Shown here in pieces: positions 46,601 through 56,529 of a stretch of 64,000 nt of DNA. The notes beneath the pieces are model-generated. The model saw nothing but the letters and a program-made list of their open reading frames with translations, was not told the origin of the DNA and did not search any database. Within the stretch, counting starts at the first letter, position 1. Every line of letters starts with the position of its first letter. The position numbers and the translations under genes were made by a program. The stretch is from Candidatus Eiseniibacteriota bacterium. GTDB taxonomy: Bacteria > Eisenbacteria > RBG-16-71-46. Where the stretch lies: NCBI GenBank assembly GCA_963744995.1, contig CAVUWA010000009.1, forward strand, positions 480,001 to 544,000. Direction: 5' to 3'.

Positions 46601-47932
46601 ATGCGCGTGCTGCTGACCGTTCTCGCCCTGCTGGCCCGGGTCCCCACCGTTCACGCCGCCCCTGCGCCGGAGCTCGACCCCGCGATCGCCGCCGCCGTGG
46701 CGAAAGTCTCCGCCGAGCGCCTGAAGGCCGACGACGCGAGGCTGGTCGCGTTCGGGACGCGCAACACCTTTTCCGAGAAGCTGGGAGAGAAGCGCGGCGT
46801 GTTCGCCGCGCGCGCCTGGATCGCCGACCAGTTCCGCGAAATCGCGAAGACCAGCCATGGGCGCATGACCGTCGCCTACGACAGCTACCTCCAGAAGCCC
46901 GACGGCCGGCGCATCGTGCGTGACGTGGAGATCTCGAGCGTCATCGCCACGCTCGAGGGCGACGAGCCCGGTGGCCGTACCTATGTGATGTCCAGCCACT
47001 ACGACTCGCGCAACACCGACGTCGATGACGTGACGCGCGACGCGCCCGGCGCGGACGACAACGGTTCCGGAACGGCGGCGGTGATCGAAGCGGCCCGGGT
47101 GCTGGCCGGCCTGCCGACGCACGCGACCATCATCTTCGCCACCTACGACTCCGAGGAGCAGGGCCTGTTCGGATCGTCGCACCACGCGGCGGCGCTGAAG
47201 GCCGCAGGCGTCGACGTACAGGGCGATCTCAACAACGACATCATCGGTGCGTCGGTCGGTGACCAGGGGCAGAACAACCCGGGCACGGTGCGGATCTTCT
47301 CCGAGGCGCTCGCGGCCGGTGCCAATCCGGTCATGGTGAACGCGATCGGCAACGAGAACGATTCGCCCTCGCGCGAACTGGCCCGTTACGCGCAGGAGGT
47401 CGGCGACCGCTACGTGCCGGACCTGCACGGCGACCTGATCTTCCGCGCCGACCGCTTCCTGCGCGGCGGCGATCACGAATCGTTCAACGCGAACGGATTC
47501 CCGGCGATCCGTTTCACCGAGCCGGTCGAAACGTTTGCACACCAGCATCAGACCGTACGCACCGAGGACGGCATCGAATACGGTGACCTGCAGAAGTTCA
47601 TGGACTTCGACTATCTGGCGCGGGTGACCCGCTACGACGTCGCCGTGCTGGCGTCGCTGGCGATGGGTCCGGGCCGCCCGGACTCCGCCTCGATCCTGAC
47701 CCGCAAGCTGGACAACAACACTCAGCTCGCCTGGACGTCCGTCCCCGGCGCCGCGACCTATGAAGTCGTGCGGCGCAGAACGACCTCGCCGAACTGGACC
47801 GACGCGACCGACGTCGGCGACGTCACCGAGGTGACGATGCCCTACTCCAAGGACAACTGGCTGTTCGGCATCCGTGCCGTCGACGCCGAAGGGCATCGCG
47901 GCGTGCCGGCGTTTCCGCTGCCGGTGCGGTAA
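46601..47932 (+). CDS. M28 family peptidase with C-terminal FN3-like domain
   Basis: AAGGAG RBS; signal peptide; SHYDSR, PGADDNGSG, SEEQGL, NNDI, GGDHESF, HQH. Confidence 0.92.
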   Translation: MRVLLTVLALLARVPTVHAAPAPELDPAIAAAVAKVSAERLKADDARLVAFGTRNTFSEKLGEKRGVFAARAWIADQFREIAKTSHGRMTVAYDSYLQKPDGRRIVRDVEISSVIATLEGDEPGGRTYVMSSHYDSRNTDVDDVTRDAPGADDNGSGTAAVIEAARVLAGLPTHATIIFATYDSEEQGLFGSSHHAAALKAAGVDVQGDLNNDIIGASVGDQGQNNPGTVRIFSEALAAGANPVMVNAIGNENDSPSRELARYAQEVGDRYVPDLHGDLIFRADRFLRGGDHESFNANGFPAIRFTEPVETFAHQHQTVRTEDGIEYGDLQKFMDFDYLARVTRYDVAVLASLAMGPGRPDSASILTRKLDNNTQLAWTSVPGAATYEVVRRRTTSPNWTDATDVGDVTEVTMPYSKDNWLFGIRAVDAEGHRGVPAFPLPVR

Positions 47933-47961
47933 CGCGGGCACAGGGGACACGTGGCCGCGCC

Positions 47962-48091
47962 AGGCAGTGTCTGAAAACGCCCGAAGGCAAGGCGTCGCAG
48001 TCGAGCGACGAGCGGGATCGTGGCCTTCAGCCACGTTGGAGCGAGGAGCCGACTACGCAATGCAGCCCTCGGGCGTTTTCAGACACTGCCT
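47962..48091. mobile_element. MITE/REP-like element (130 bp) with perfect 23-bp terminal inverted repeats
   Basis: AGGCAGTGTCTGAAAACGCCCGA (47962-47984) / TCGGGCGTTTTCAGACACTGCCT (48069-48091); internal hairpin CGTGGC-cttca-GCCACG; no transposase. Confidence 0.7.
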
Positions 48092-48293
48092 ACCGCGCGA
48101 AGCGGATCAGCAGCAACGCCGCCGCACCGCCCAGAATCGCGAAGACCGCGAATGCGAATGCTGCCGAACGCAGGGCCTCGACCCGTGCGCGCCGCCGGTC
48201 GGTGAAGTGACGGCGGTATTCCTCGAACGTGATCAGGTAGGCCATCACGCCCGCGATCGGACAGCAGACGGCCAGGACGACGACGGCGATCAT
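48090..48293 (-). CDS. Small two-TM membrane protein coupled to the dynamin gene
   Basis: 67 aa, two hydrophobic helices around YLITFEEYRRHF; ATGA overlap with the dynamin stop. Confidence 0.7.
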   Translation of the reverse strand: MIAVVVLAVCCPIAGVMAYLITFEEYRRHFTDRRRARVEALRSAAFAFAVFAILGGAAALLLIRFAR

Positions 48294-50065
48294 CCGCGTT
48301 CCGTGCCGGCGGCAGCGATCCGCGCCGGGTCCATCTCATCGAGACGTGCCTCGAGGCGCCGCACGGCCGAGAGGTCCCGCTCCAGCTCGCTGCGACGCTC
48401 TGCGACCGTCTCATCCACGCGCATCCGCTCGGCCCGCTTCAAGCCCTCGGCCAGCATGCCGATGATGCCGTGGACCTGCTGGTGGCTGGATCGCGTGAAC
48501 TGCCGCCCGGCTTCGTCGAGCCGGGTGACCCAGTCGTGGCGGATCGCTTCGAGGTTCTGGTGGATGCGCCTCTCCATCAGCTCGCGCAATGCTCGACGGG
48601 CACGCGGAGCCGCCCACCTGCGCGGCAGGCGGAACATCCACCGCGGCGTCCGCAGCGGATCCCCGGCGTAGTCCCAGTCCTTGAAGTAGAAGCGGGGGCG
48701 CTCATCCATGGGGGCGGCCGCCCGCGGCACGTGCGCACGCATCCCGAGGCGCGCGTTGGCCAGGGCAAGGACGTCGCCGGCGGCATCGCCGACGCGGCGC
48801 GTGTGGGCGTCGAGCGCGCGCGTCAGACCCTCCTCGACGAGCGCCTGCGTCGCGGGATACCAGCGTCTGAGCTCCGTCACGACCCACTCGCCAAGGGCGG
48901 CGGTCTGCCGCTCGACGGTCTCGACCAGCGGATGCCCGCGCTCGCGGTCCATGGCCGCTTCGACGCGCGGCCAGAGCGCGACCGCCAGACGCTCGTGCGT
49001 CGCGTCCAGTTCCCTGCGCAGCGAGATCTCATGGACCTTCCGCACGTCGTGGCGCAGCAGCACGGCAGACCGCTCGACCGCTTCGGCGGCCTCGCGGGCG
49101 GCCAGCTCGAGACGACCGATCAGATCTTCGAGCGCCTGCCGACCCTTTCCGAGTGCGTGGAGTTCCGCCGCCATCTCCAGCGTCAGCAGTCCGGCCGCGC
49201 GCTGGATCAGGATCCGGGCCCGGCGCTCGAGAATTCCGCTCTTCCGGCCGATCAGGAGGGCCCGCAGCGCCCGCTCGAAATCACCGAACGCCGCGGGCGG
49301 GGCGCCGTCCCGGGCGGCGGCATCCAGTGCCTGCTTCGCCGAAATGGGAAATACGTGCTCCGGAGGGACGCCGTTCTCGGCGAGCATGCGGCGCACGAAC
49401 CCGACCGAGGTCGCCACGTCGTCCGGCTCGAGGACGTCGGTCCGATTGACGGCGAAGAGCACATGGTCGGTGATGCCGGCGAGCGCGGAGAGCAGTCGCC
49501 GTTCCTCTGCGCTCAGAGGCTGGTCCGCGGCCAGAACGATGACCACCGCATCGGACTCGGCAAGGAAGTCGTAGGTCACCTCGGTATTGTGTTCGAGAAC
49601 CGACCCGACGCCGGGCGTGTCGACGACGGTCACGCCGGCCTGCAGGAGGGCCGACGGGAGCAGGAGGCAGGTCCGTTTCACCGCTTTCACGTTTCGCGGG
49701 TTCCCGGTTTCCGTCACGTATTGCGACAGGTGCTCCACCGGAACGCCCTCGCGGCGACCGTCGGTGAATTCGACCTCCACCTGCGGCTCGGGCGCAAAGG
49801 CGACCTCGGTGATCACCGACGTCAGCGGAACCACGCCCATGGGCAGAACCTGTCGCCCGAGCAGCGCGTTGATCAGCGTGCTCTTGCCGCGCTTGTATTC
49901 GCCCAGGATCACCAGCCGGAACGTACCGGCCGACAGGCGTGCCTCTGCCCCGGCGAGCGCATGCAGCGCCTCGCCGTTCTCATGCTGCCCGGCGAGCGCC
50001 AGCAGTTCGGCATGCACCGCGCTCAGCGCCTCGTTCATCCTGGTGACCTGATCGCCCATCTGCAC
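48290..50065 (-). CDS. Bacterial dynamin-like GTPase
   Basis: G1 GEYKRGKSTLINALLG, G2 PLT, G3 DTPG, G4-like NRTD, PISAKQAL; long helical stalk. Confidence 0.9.
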   Translation of the reverse strand: MQMGDQVTRMNEALSAVHAELLALAGQHENGEALHALAGAEARLSAGTFRLVILGEYKRGKSTLINALLGRQVLPMGVVPLTSVITEVAFAPEPQVEVEFTDGRREGVPVEHLSQYVTETGNPRNVKAVKRTCLLLPSALLQAGVTVVDTPGVGSVLEHNTEVTYDFLAESDAVVIVLAADQPLSAEERRLLSALAGITDHVLFAVNRTDVLEPDDVATSVGFVRRMLAENGVPPEHVFPISAKQALDAAARDGAPPAAFGDFERALRALLIGRKSGILERRARILIQRAAGLLTLEMAAELHALGKGRQALEDLIGRLELAAREAAEAVERSAVLLRHDVRKVHEISLRRELDATHERLAVALWPRVEAAMDRERGHPLVETVERQTAALGEWVVTELRRWYPATQALVEEGLTRALDAHTRRVGDAAGDVLALANARLGMRAHVPRAAAPMDERPRFYFKDWDYAGDPLRTPRWMFRLPRRWAAPRARRALRELMERRIHQNLEAIRHDWVTRLDEAGRQFTRSSHQQVHGIIGMLAEGLKRAERMRVDETVAERRSELERDLSAVRRLEARLDEMDPARIAAAGTERG

Positions 50066-50336
50066 GAACGGCTCCCACCCCGCGAAGAGGTAGAAGCCAT
50101 CAGCCCCGGACCCGAGGCGGTTTCGGCGAGCTTCATCGCCGTGAATGGAGGTGTGCCGGTGAACCTAGGGTGCCGCCCTGTCGGTGTCAACGGGCAGAGC
50201 CGCGCCCTGGACGACCCATGCCGCCGTCACCACGGCTCTCCGTCCATCGTCACGCAGGCGCGCGGGCCTCTTTCCCCATCGTCCGCCGCGCCGTTATGAT
50301 GCCGACCACCATTCACCCCCGACTGCGGAGAGTCCG

Positions 50337-50849
50337 ATGGCCATCAGCAGGAAGATCGAAGCGGCGATCAACAAACAGATCAACCACGAACTCATGGCGG
50401 CCTACAGCTACCTGGCCATTTCGGCCTGGTTCGAGCAGGAGAACCTCACCGGTTTCGCCTCCTGGTTCATGCAGCAACGGCAGGAAGAACTCGAGCATGC
50501 ACAGCGCCTGTACCAGTATCAGCTCAACCGCGGCGGCAAGGTCGCGCTGGAGGCGTTGCCGAAGCCCAAGGCCACGTTCACGACGGCGCTCGCGGCTTTC
50601 AAGGCCTCGTTCGAGCTCGAAAAGGCGAACACGCGCGCGATCAACGCCCTCTACCAGCTCGCCAAGGCGGAGGATGACTTCGCTACGCTCAGCCATCTGC
50701 AGTGGTTTCTCGACGAGCAGGTCGAAGAGGAGAAGACGATGAGCGAGTCGATCGCTCTGCTCGAGCTGGCGGGCAAGGACTCGAGCGCTTTGCTCATGCT
50801 CAACGAGAAATTCGGATCGCGCGGGCCGGAGAGCGCCGAGGAGGCCTGA
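50337..50849 (+). CDS. ftnA: Non-heme ferritin
   Basis: INKQINHELMAAYSYL, EELEHA, ELEKANT, LQWFLDEQVEEE ferroxidase residues. Confidence 0.93.
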   Translation: MAISRKIEAAINKQINHELMAAYSYLAISAWFEQENLTGFASWFMQQRQEELEHAQRLYQYQLNRGGKVALEALPKPKATFTTALAAFKASFELEKANTRAINALYQLAKAEDDFATLSHLQWFLDEQVEEEKTMSESIALLELAGKDSSALLMLNEKFGSRGPESAEEA

Positions 50850-51101
50850 CGGGCACCGCGCGCCATGACGTCGGCTCGCGGTGATCGGCGCAACTCGAGT
50901 CGGGGCCGCCATATCGCGGCCGGGAGCCACACGCGCGTCCAGGGGTGACTTCGCCACTCACGTGCCAGGCCGGCGCCGGAGGCGAGAGGGCGGCACGCTA
51001 CATTGGTCGTTGTCCACGGTCTCCGGACGGATCTAGACTCCGCCTCTCGCCATGAAGTTCCCATTCGCCGCCGGGAACCGCTCTCGGCAACGGAGGCCGC
51101 C

Positions 51102-54100
51102 ATGCTGCGATTGGATTCGCCGCGCACGCTCCTCTTGGTTCTGCTCCTGTCGGCGTGCTTCTGCCAGCCCGCCCTGGCGCAGGATCCGCCGCCGACGCTC
51201 CGGCTCGACGAGTCCGGCATCATGCCGGCACCCGACGCTCCGCCCTGCAGCTTCGGGCTGCGCGCGACGCCCGGGTCGGTCGAACAGGAGAGCACCCGCC
51301 CCGGCGCCACGATCGACGCCTGCGGCCGCCTGCATCTGACCAGCGGCGGCACGCTTTCCTCGCTGTCGCCGCCGCTGATCGATGAGGCGGTCCTGGCCAA
51401 CGCCCGCATCGACAGCATGCTCGTCTACGCCTCGACCTTCGGCTACAGCGACAGCTACTCGCCCGGTGGCACCCTGCACCTGATTGCGCATGCCGAGCAG
51501 TACTACCTCGACAACGGCACGAGCTGGGGCAGCGGAGCCGGCAGCCACCATCCGACCTATGCGACGTTCGATCATGTGGAGGCGTCCGCCGAAACACTGC
51601 GTTTCGTGCTGACGCCGCCGGCCGACGGCGTGCTCTACTCGCAGATCGACTACGACTCCGGCGACCACTCTTCGCAGGGAACGATCGCCGTGGAGGGACC
51701 GTTGGTCATCGTGGCCCTCGCGGGGGCCACCGAAGGCACCCTGTTCGGTTACGGCCGCGTCGTCTCGAACGACGCCACCTGGTACGGCGAGCCGCGCTTC
51801 AATTACTTCAGCGCCCCGGTCGGCTCCCTCGTGCCATTCCGCATGCGGTATCAGCTCTACTCCGGGAGCACGTTCTCGAGCACCCTGTTTGCCGGGAGCT
51901 TCAGCTACGGCGGAAGCGGAACGGTCGACTTTGCGCACGCGATCCGACCCCCGCTGGTCGCGCTCGAGGTGAAGGGGCCGCCGCGCATTCCCGACGAGAC
52001 CACGGTGGCATACCGCGCCATCGCGAGCTACGAAGGCGGAACCCTGGTGGATGTCACCGAGCAGGCGGACTGGAGCGTCACCCCGTCGGATGCGGCGACG
52101 ATCAGCGCCGGTGCGCTGACCGTCGGATTGCTGAGCGGGCCCCAGACGTTCTCGCTGCACGCGGCGTACGAGGAGGGAGGCGTTCAGGTCGCGGACGATG
52201 CGCAGGTCCTCGCGCGCCACGACTTCTACGCGACCGATCACACCGCATGGCCGATGTATCAGGCCGACAGCCGCCACACCGGCGCCGTCCCCGTGACCCC
52301 GAACCTCTCGAGGTTCCAGCTCCTCTGGCAGCGCAACCTCGGCCTCGCGCTCAACCCCGTCGCCGCGGGCGATGGGCGGGTGTTCTGCACCGGCGTCACC
52401 TACTTCGCCGCGAGCAGTCCGCTCTACGCGCTCGATGCGACGACGGGAGCGACGCTGTGGTCCTTCGACTTCGGCGGCGTCTTTTCCGTGAATCCGCCCA
52501 GCTACGCCTATGGCAACGTCTACGTGCAGACCGGCAACCACAGCACGGACACGTGGCTGCATGCCTTCGACGGGGAGACCGGCGAGCGCGTGTTCCGCAC
52601 CCCGCATCAGGCGCAGTGGGAGCGCTACTTCGCACCCACGATCCTCGACGGCAGGGTCTACGTGGATGGCGGGTACTACGGCGGGATGTATGCCTTCGAC
52701 GCGCTCACGGGCGGTCAGATCTGGTTCCACTCCCTGCCGCAGTACGACCAGTGGACGCCCGCGGTCGGCGACGATTACGCGTACGCCTACGTCGGTGAGT
52801 ACAGCCCCGGGCTCTACGCGTTGCGGAAGAGCGACGGGCAGCAGGCGTTCACGATTCCCGATCCCGACTTCGACTGGAACGGCTGGAGCATGGATCTGGC
52901 GCCGGTGATCGGTACGCATGACGACGTGGTGGCGATCCACGACGGCCGCCTGATCAGCTTCGACGTCGCCCAGCGGCAGATGCGCTGGCAGCGGGAGGAG
53001 GCCTATCAGGGCCAGCCCTCCGTCGTGGACGACGTCATCTACGCCATCGACGGCGGCGCGCTGGTCGCGCTGAACGAAGTGACGGGTGCGCCGATCTGGT
53101 CGTGGGCGCCCGCCTCGGATGCGCTTCAGGGCGCGCTGATCGTCACCGCGAGCCTCGCGTTCACCTCGTCGGCCACTCATGTGTACGCAGTCAGCCTGGA
53201 CGGCCGCAATGAGGTCTGGTCGCACGCGGTGGGAGGTCATCTCGCGATCGCAAACGGGGCGCTCTACGTGGCGTCCGCCGCCGGCGTGCTCAGCGCGTTC
53301 GACATCGGCATCGGGCCGCCGCTCGTGGCACACGCCGGGCCCGACACCACGCTGGAGTGCGCGGCCGCGGCGGGTGGCACCCAGGCGATGCTCGACGGTT
53401 CCGCCTCGGAAGGTCCCGATCTGTCCTTCGACTGGACCGCACCCGGCGTCACCTTCGACGATCCGCATTCGGTCACCCCGACCGGAACGTTCCCGCTCGG
53501 CGTGAACGAGGTGGTGCTCACCGTCTCGCGCGACGGGAACATCGACCGCGACACGGTCGTGGTCACCGTGCTCGATACGACGGACCCGAGCCTGGCGCTG
53601 GGATTCGAGCCGCCGATCCTGTGGCCGCCGGACCATCAGCTCGTCCACGTCCATGTATCGGCGGTGCCCGCCGACGCGTGCGACAGCGCACCCGCGTTCA
53701 AGCTGCTGTCGGTGACGAGCAGCGAGTCGGATGGGGGCCCCGGCGATCCGTTCCCGGACGACATCCTCGACGCCAGCTACGGCCAGGCCGACGTCGACAT
53801 CTGGCTGCGGGCCCAGCGCGATGCGGGCGGACCCGGCCGCACCTACACGCTGTGCTATGAAGTGCGGGACGCGGCCGGACACGCCGTCACACAGTGCGCC
53901 GCGGTGATCGTGCCGAAGTCGCTCGGCCGCGCGCAGCTCGTGCCGGGGACGCCGCAGCGGCTGACGATCTTCGGCGCCGCCGGATTGCCGGTCACGAGCG
54001 TGGACGAAGCGACGGTCGTGGTGACCACCGGGGTCGAAGACCTCTGGCGGGCCGCCGCCGGATCCGGCGTGGCAGCCGACGTGGATGGCGACGGACTCAT

Positions 54101-54512
54101 GGACGACACCTGGTCGCTGGAGTCCGTCGACGGATCGACCGGCGTCGACGCAGGAGGCGCGGCGCTCTATTCACGCTGGCGCGCCGGGAGCGACGGGTAC
54201 TACGCCGTGCTGGCCGGCGAGGGCGTCACGGCGGTCGATGGCACCGCGACGACGCTGCGCATCGGCCTGGCCGCGAATCCTGCGCTTCGCAGTGCGCGCC
54301 TGCTCTATGACCTGCCCGCTCCCGGTCATGTGCGGCTGACGATCCACGACGTCGCCGGCCGTGTCGTGGCGCGGCTCGTGGACGGCTGGCTCGAGGCGGG
54401 GCATCACGAAGCGACATTTGCACCGCAGGGCCCGGCACCGGGGACGCTGCTCTTCTACCGGCTCGAGTGGAACGGGCAGCGACGGCAGGGCAAGCTCGTT
54501 CTGCTGAATTGA
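51102..54512 (+). CDS. Large secreted PQQ-like beta-propeller protein with Ig/HYR-like domains and FlgD-like C-terminus
   Basis: GGAGG RBS; signal peptide; WPMYQADSRHTG, repeated ALDATTG..LW; AHAGPD; LWPPDH...LRAQRD..GPGRTY; terminal ANP...HDVAGRVVARLVDG. Confidence 0.82.
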   Translation: MLRLDSPRTLLLVLLLSACFCQPALAQDPPPTLRLDESGIMPAPDAPPCSFGLRATPGSVEQESTRPGATIDACGRLHLTSGGTLSSLSPPLIDEAVLANARIDSMLVYASTFGYSDSYSPGGTLHLIAHAEQYYLDNGTSWGSGAGSHHPTYATFDHVEASAETLRFVLTPPADGVLYSQIDYDSGDHSSQGTIAVEGPLVIVALAGATEGTLFGYGRVVSNDATWYGEPRFNYFSAPVGSLVPFRMRYQLYSGSTFSSTLFAGSFSYGGSGTVDFAHAIRPPLVALEVKGPPRIPDETTVAYRAIASYEGGTLVDVTEQADWSVTPSDAATISAGALTVGLLSGPQTFSLHAAYEEGGVQVADDAQVLARHDFYATDHTAWPMYQADSRHTGAVPVTPNLSRFQLLWQRNLGLALNPVAAGDGRVFCTGVTYFAASSPLYALDATTGATLWSFDFGGVFSVNPPSYAYGNVYVQTGNHSTDTWLHAFDGETGERVFRTPHQAQWERYFAPTILDGRVYVDGGYYGGMYAFDALTGGQIWFHSLPQYDQWTPAVGDDYAYAYVGEYSPGLYALRKSDGQQAFTIPDPDFDWNGWSMDLAPVIGTHDDVVAIHDGRLISFDVAQRQMRWQREEAYQGQPSVVDDVIYAIDGGALVALNEVTGAPIWSWAPASDALQGALIVTASLAFTSSATHVYAVSLDGRNEVWSHAVGGHLAIANGALYVASAAGVLSAFDIGIGPPLVAHAGPDTTLECAAAAGGTQAMLDGSASEGPDLSFDWTAPGVTFDDPHSVTPTGTFPLGVNEVVLTVSRDGNIDRDTVVVTVLDTTDPSLALGFEPPILWPPDHQLVHVHVSAVPADACDSAPAFKLLSVTSSESDGGPGDPFPDDILDASYGQADVDIWLRAQRDAGGPGRTYTLCYEVRDAAGHAVTQCAAVIVPKSLGRAQLVPGTPQRLTIFGAAGLPVTSVDEATVVVTTGVEDLWRAAAGSGVAADVDGDGLMDDTWSLESVDGSTGVDAGGAALYSRWRAGSDGYYAVLAGEGVTAVDGTATTLRIGLAANPALRSARLLYDLPAPGHVRLTIHDVAGRVVARLVDGWLEAGHHEATFAPQGPAPGTLLFYRLEWNGQRRQGKLVLLN

Positions 54513-54576
54513 GGGGTCGGGACGGCGCAGCCGCGCGCGGCGAACAGGGGACGCGCCTGGCTGTGCCGCCCCGGGG

Positions 54577-55521
54577 TCACGGATCGAATCCCTGCACGCG
54601 ACGGTCCGAACGGGCGGCGCCGAGAGGCTGGGCCGGGTGCTCGGCCATCCAGTGCCTGGCGATCTCCTCGCGACGGCAGATCCACACCGCGTCGTGGCCC
54701 CGCACGTAGTCGAGAAAGCGCGCCACTGCCATCGCCCGCGCCGGATGGCCGCTGATCCGTGCGTGCAGGCCGACGCTCATCATCTTCGGGTGCTGCGCGC
54801 CCTCCTCCCACAGCAGATCGAAAGCATCCTTGAGCAGCCGGAAGAAGTCCCTGGCGGTGGCGAACCCGTTCGGCAGCAGATATCGCGCGTCGTTGTTCAC
54901 CAGCGTGTAGGGAATCGCCAGGAGCGCGGGCGACCCCGCGAGCCAGTAGGGCAGGTCGTCGTTGTAGGCATCCGAGCTGTAGAGGAGACCGCCGTGCTCC
55001 CGCAGCAGGCGGCGGGTGTTCGCGCTGACGCGACCGGTATACCAGCCGACCGGAGCCTTGCCGCAGATCCGCTCGATGACCTCGCAGGTCAGGCGGATGT
55101 GGCGCCGCTCGGTGTCTTCGGGCACGCGGCGGTAGTCCAGCCAGCGGTAGCCATGACCTGCGATCTCGTGCCCGGCGTCGGCGAGCGCGCGGCCGATCTC
55201 CGGGTTCAGCTCCAGCGCCCGGCCGGCGGCGAAGGCGGTCAGCGGTACCCCGCGCGCCGCGAACAGCTCGAGCATGCGCCACACGCCCGCGCGCGATCCG
55301 TACTCGTACATGCTCTCGACGCTCGGGTCGCGTTCGCCGTCGCGCGGCGGACGGCCGGGCAGCTCGTGGAGGTAGGACTCGGAGCGGACATCGCCCTCGA
55401 GAGTGCTCGACTCGGCGCCTTCCTCGACGTTGAGCACGAATTGAAGGGCGAGGCGCGCATCCCCGGGCCAGCGCGGGTGGGGCGGGCGGCCGGCGTAGCC
55501 GGCGAGGTCGCGATCGCCCAT
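54577..55521 (-). CDS. puuE: PuuE-type allantoinase (polysaccharide deacetylase family)
   Basis: RDLAGY, WPGDARLALQFVLNVEEG, ESMYEYGSRAGVWR, HGYRW, GWYTGR, YNDDLPYW, MMSVGLHARISGHPAR. Confidence 0.88.
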   Translation of the reverse strand: MGDRDLAGYAGRPPHPRWPGDARLALQFVLNVEEGAESSTLEGDVRSESYLHELPGRPPRDGERDPSVESMYEYGSRAGVWRMLELFAARGVPLTAFAAGRALELNPEIGRALADAGHEIAGHGYRWLDYRRVPEDTERRHIRLTCEVIERICGKAPVGWYTGRVSANTRRLLREHGGLLYSSDAYNDDLPYWLAGSPALLAIPYTLVNNDARYLLPNGFATARDFFRLLKDAFDLLWEEGAQHPKMMSVGLHARISGHPARAMAVARFLDYVRGHDAVWICRREEIARHWMAEHPAQPLGAARSDRRVQGFDP

Positions 55522-55772
55522 CAGAGGGCGCCGGCAGGCATGACGATTTCTGCCACGGTGGTCAGGCGCGGGAGGCCCGGTCCTCGGATCGTGTTCCGCA
55601 TGGACCCGACTCTACCTCAGGCGCCGCGGTCCACGCCGCCGGATCCGGCCGGGCTGCGGCAGGCGGGGTGGGGACGCGGGCGCTTTCCCCGCGAAGCGCA
55701 TGCGCTCCTCGCGGACGGAGCGGGACGAAGCGCTGGCGCGACGGGGGGCGCAGGCGTAGCGTCGAGCGTCGC

Positions 55773-56447
55773 ATGCTCGATTCCGCCGGCATCAAACGGT
55801 TCTACGACCGGTTCGGCGCCCGTCAGGACAGTCAGGCCTTCTACGAGGACGCCGCTCTGGATCTTCTGTTCGAGCACTCCGACTTCGCCGGCAGCTCCAC
55901 CGTCGCCGAGTTCGGCTGCGGGACCGGCCGCTTCGCGCAGCGGATCCTGGCCGCAGCCCCGTCGGCAAGCTACGTCGGCTTCGATGTCAGCGCGACGATG
56001 CTCGACCTCACCCGCGGGCGACTGGCGTCGTTCGGTTCGCGGGCGCGGACGCAGCCACTGGAGCCCGGAGCCGTGACGCTGCCGCTTGCGGCGCATTCGG
56101 TGGACCGTCTGGTCAGCACCTATGTTCTCGATCTTCTGTCGGGGCCGCAGATCACCGGCTTTCTGCAGGACGCGCAGCGCGTCCTGACGCCGAACGGCCG
56201 GCTGTGCCTGGTGAGCCTGACCACGGGGGGAGGCGTGCTCACCCGGGCGGTATCCACCCTGTGGAAGATCGTGTACCGGCTGCGGCCGGCCGCGGTCGGT
56301 GGCTGCCGTCCGCTCCGACTGGCGCCGGTCTGCGCGGCTTGGGGGTGGCGGGCGCTTCATCACGAGACCGTGGTGCGCTGGGGTCTCACGTCGGAAGTGC
56401 TGACAGCCGGGCCGCCCGACCCGGGAGTCGCCGGCCCCGCGACCTGA
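55773..56447 (+). CDS. Class I SAM-dependent methyltransferase
   Basis: EFGCGTG motif I, GFDVS, DRLVSTYVLDL, RVLTPNG. Confidence 0.9.
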   Translation: MLDSAGIKRFYDRFGARQDSQAFYEDAALDLLFEHSDFAGSSTVAEFGCGTGRFAQRILAAAPSASYVGFDVSATMLDLTRGRLASFGSRARTQPLEPGAVTLPLAAHSVDRLVSTYVLDLLSGPQITGFLQDAQRVLTPNGRLCLVSLTTGGGVLTRAVSTLWKIVYRLRPAAVGGCRPLRLAPVCAAWGWRALHHETVVRWGLTSEVLTAGPPDPGVAGPAT

Positions 56448-56529
56448 GACAGGCTGCACCCGGGGCGCTTTCCTCCACGGCACCGCTGCCGGTTGCCAGC
56501 CCACCACCGCCCTGGGCTACATTGCGCCC

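Noticed and set aside
50951..50967. Sigma-54-like motif on the minus strand
   Set aside because: It points antisense into ferritin with no plausible target gene and has a weak -12 element.
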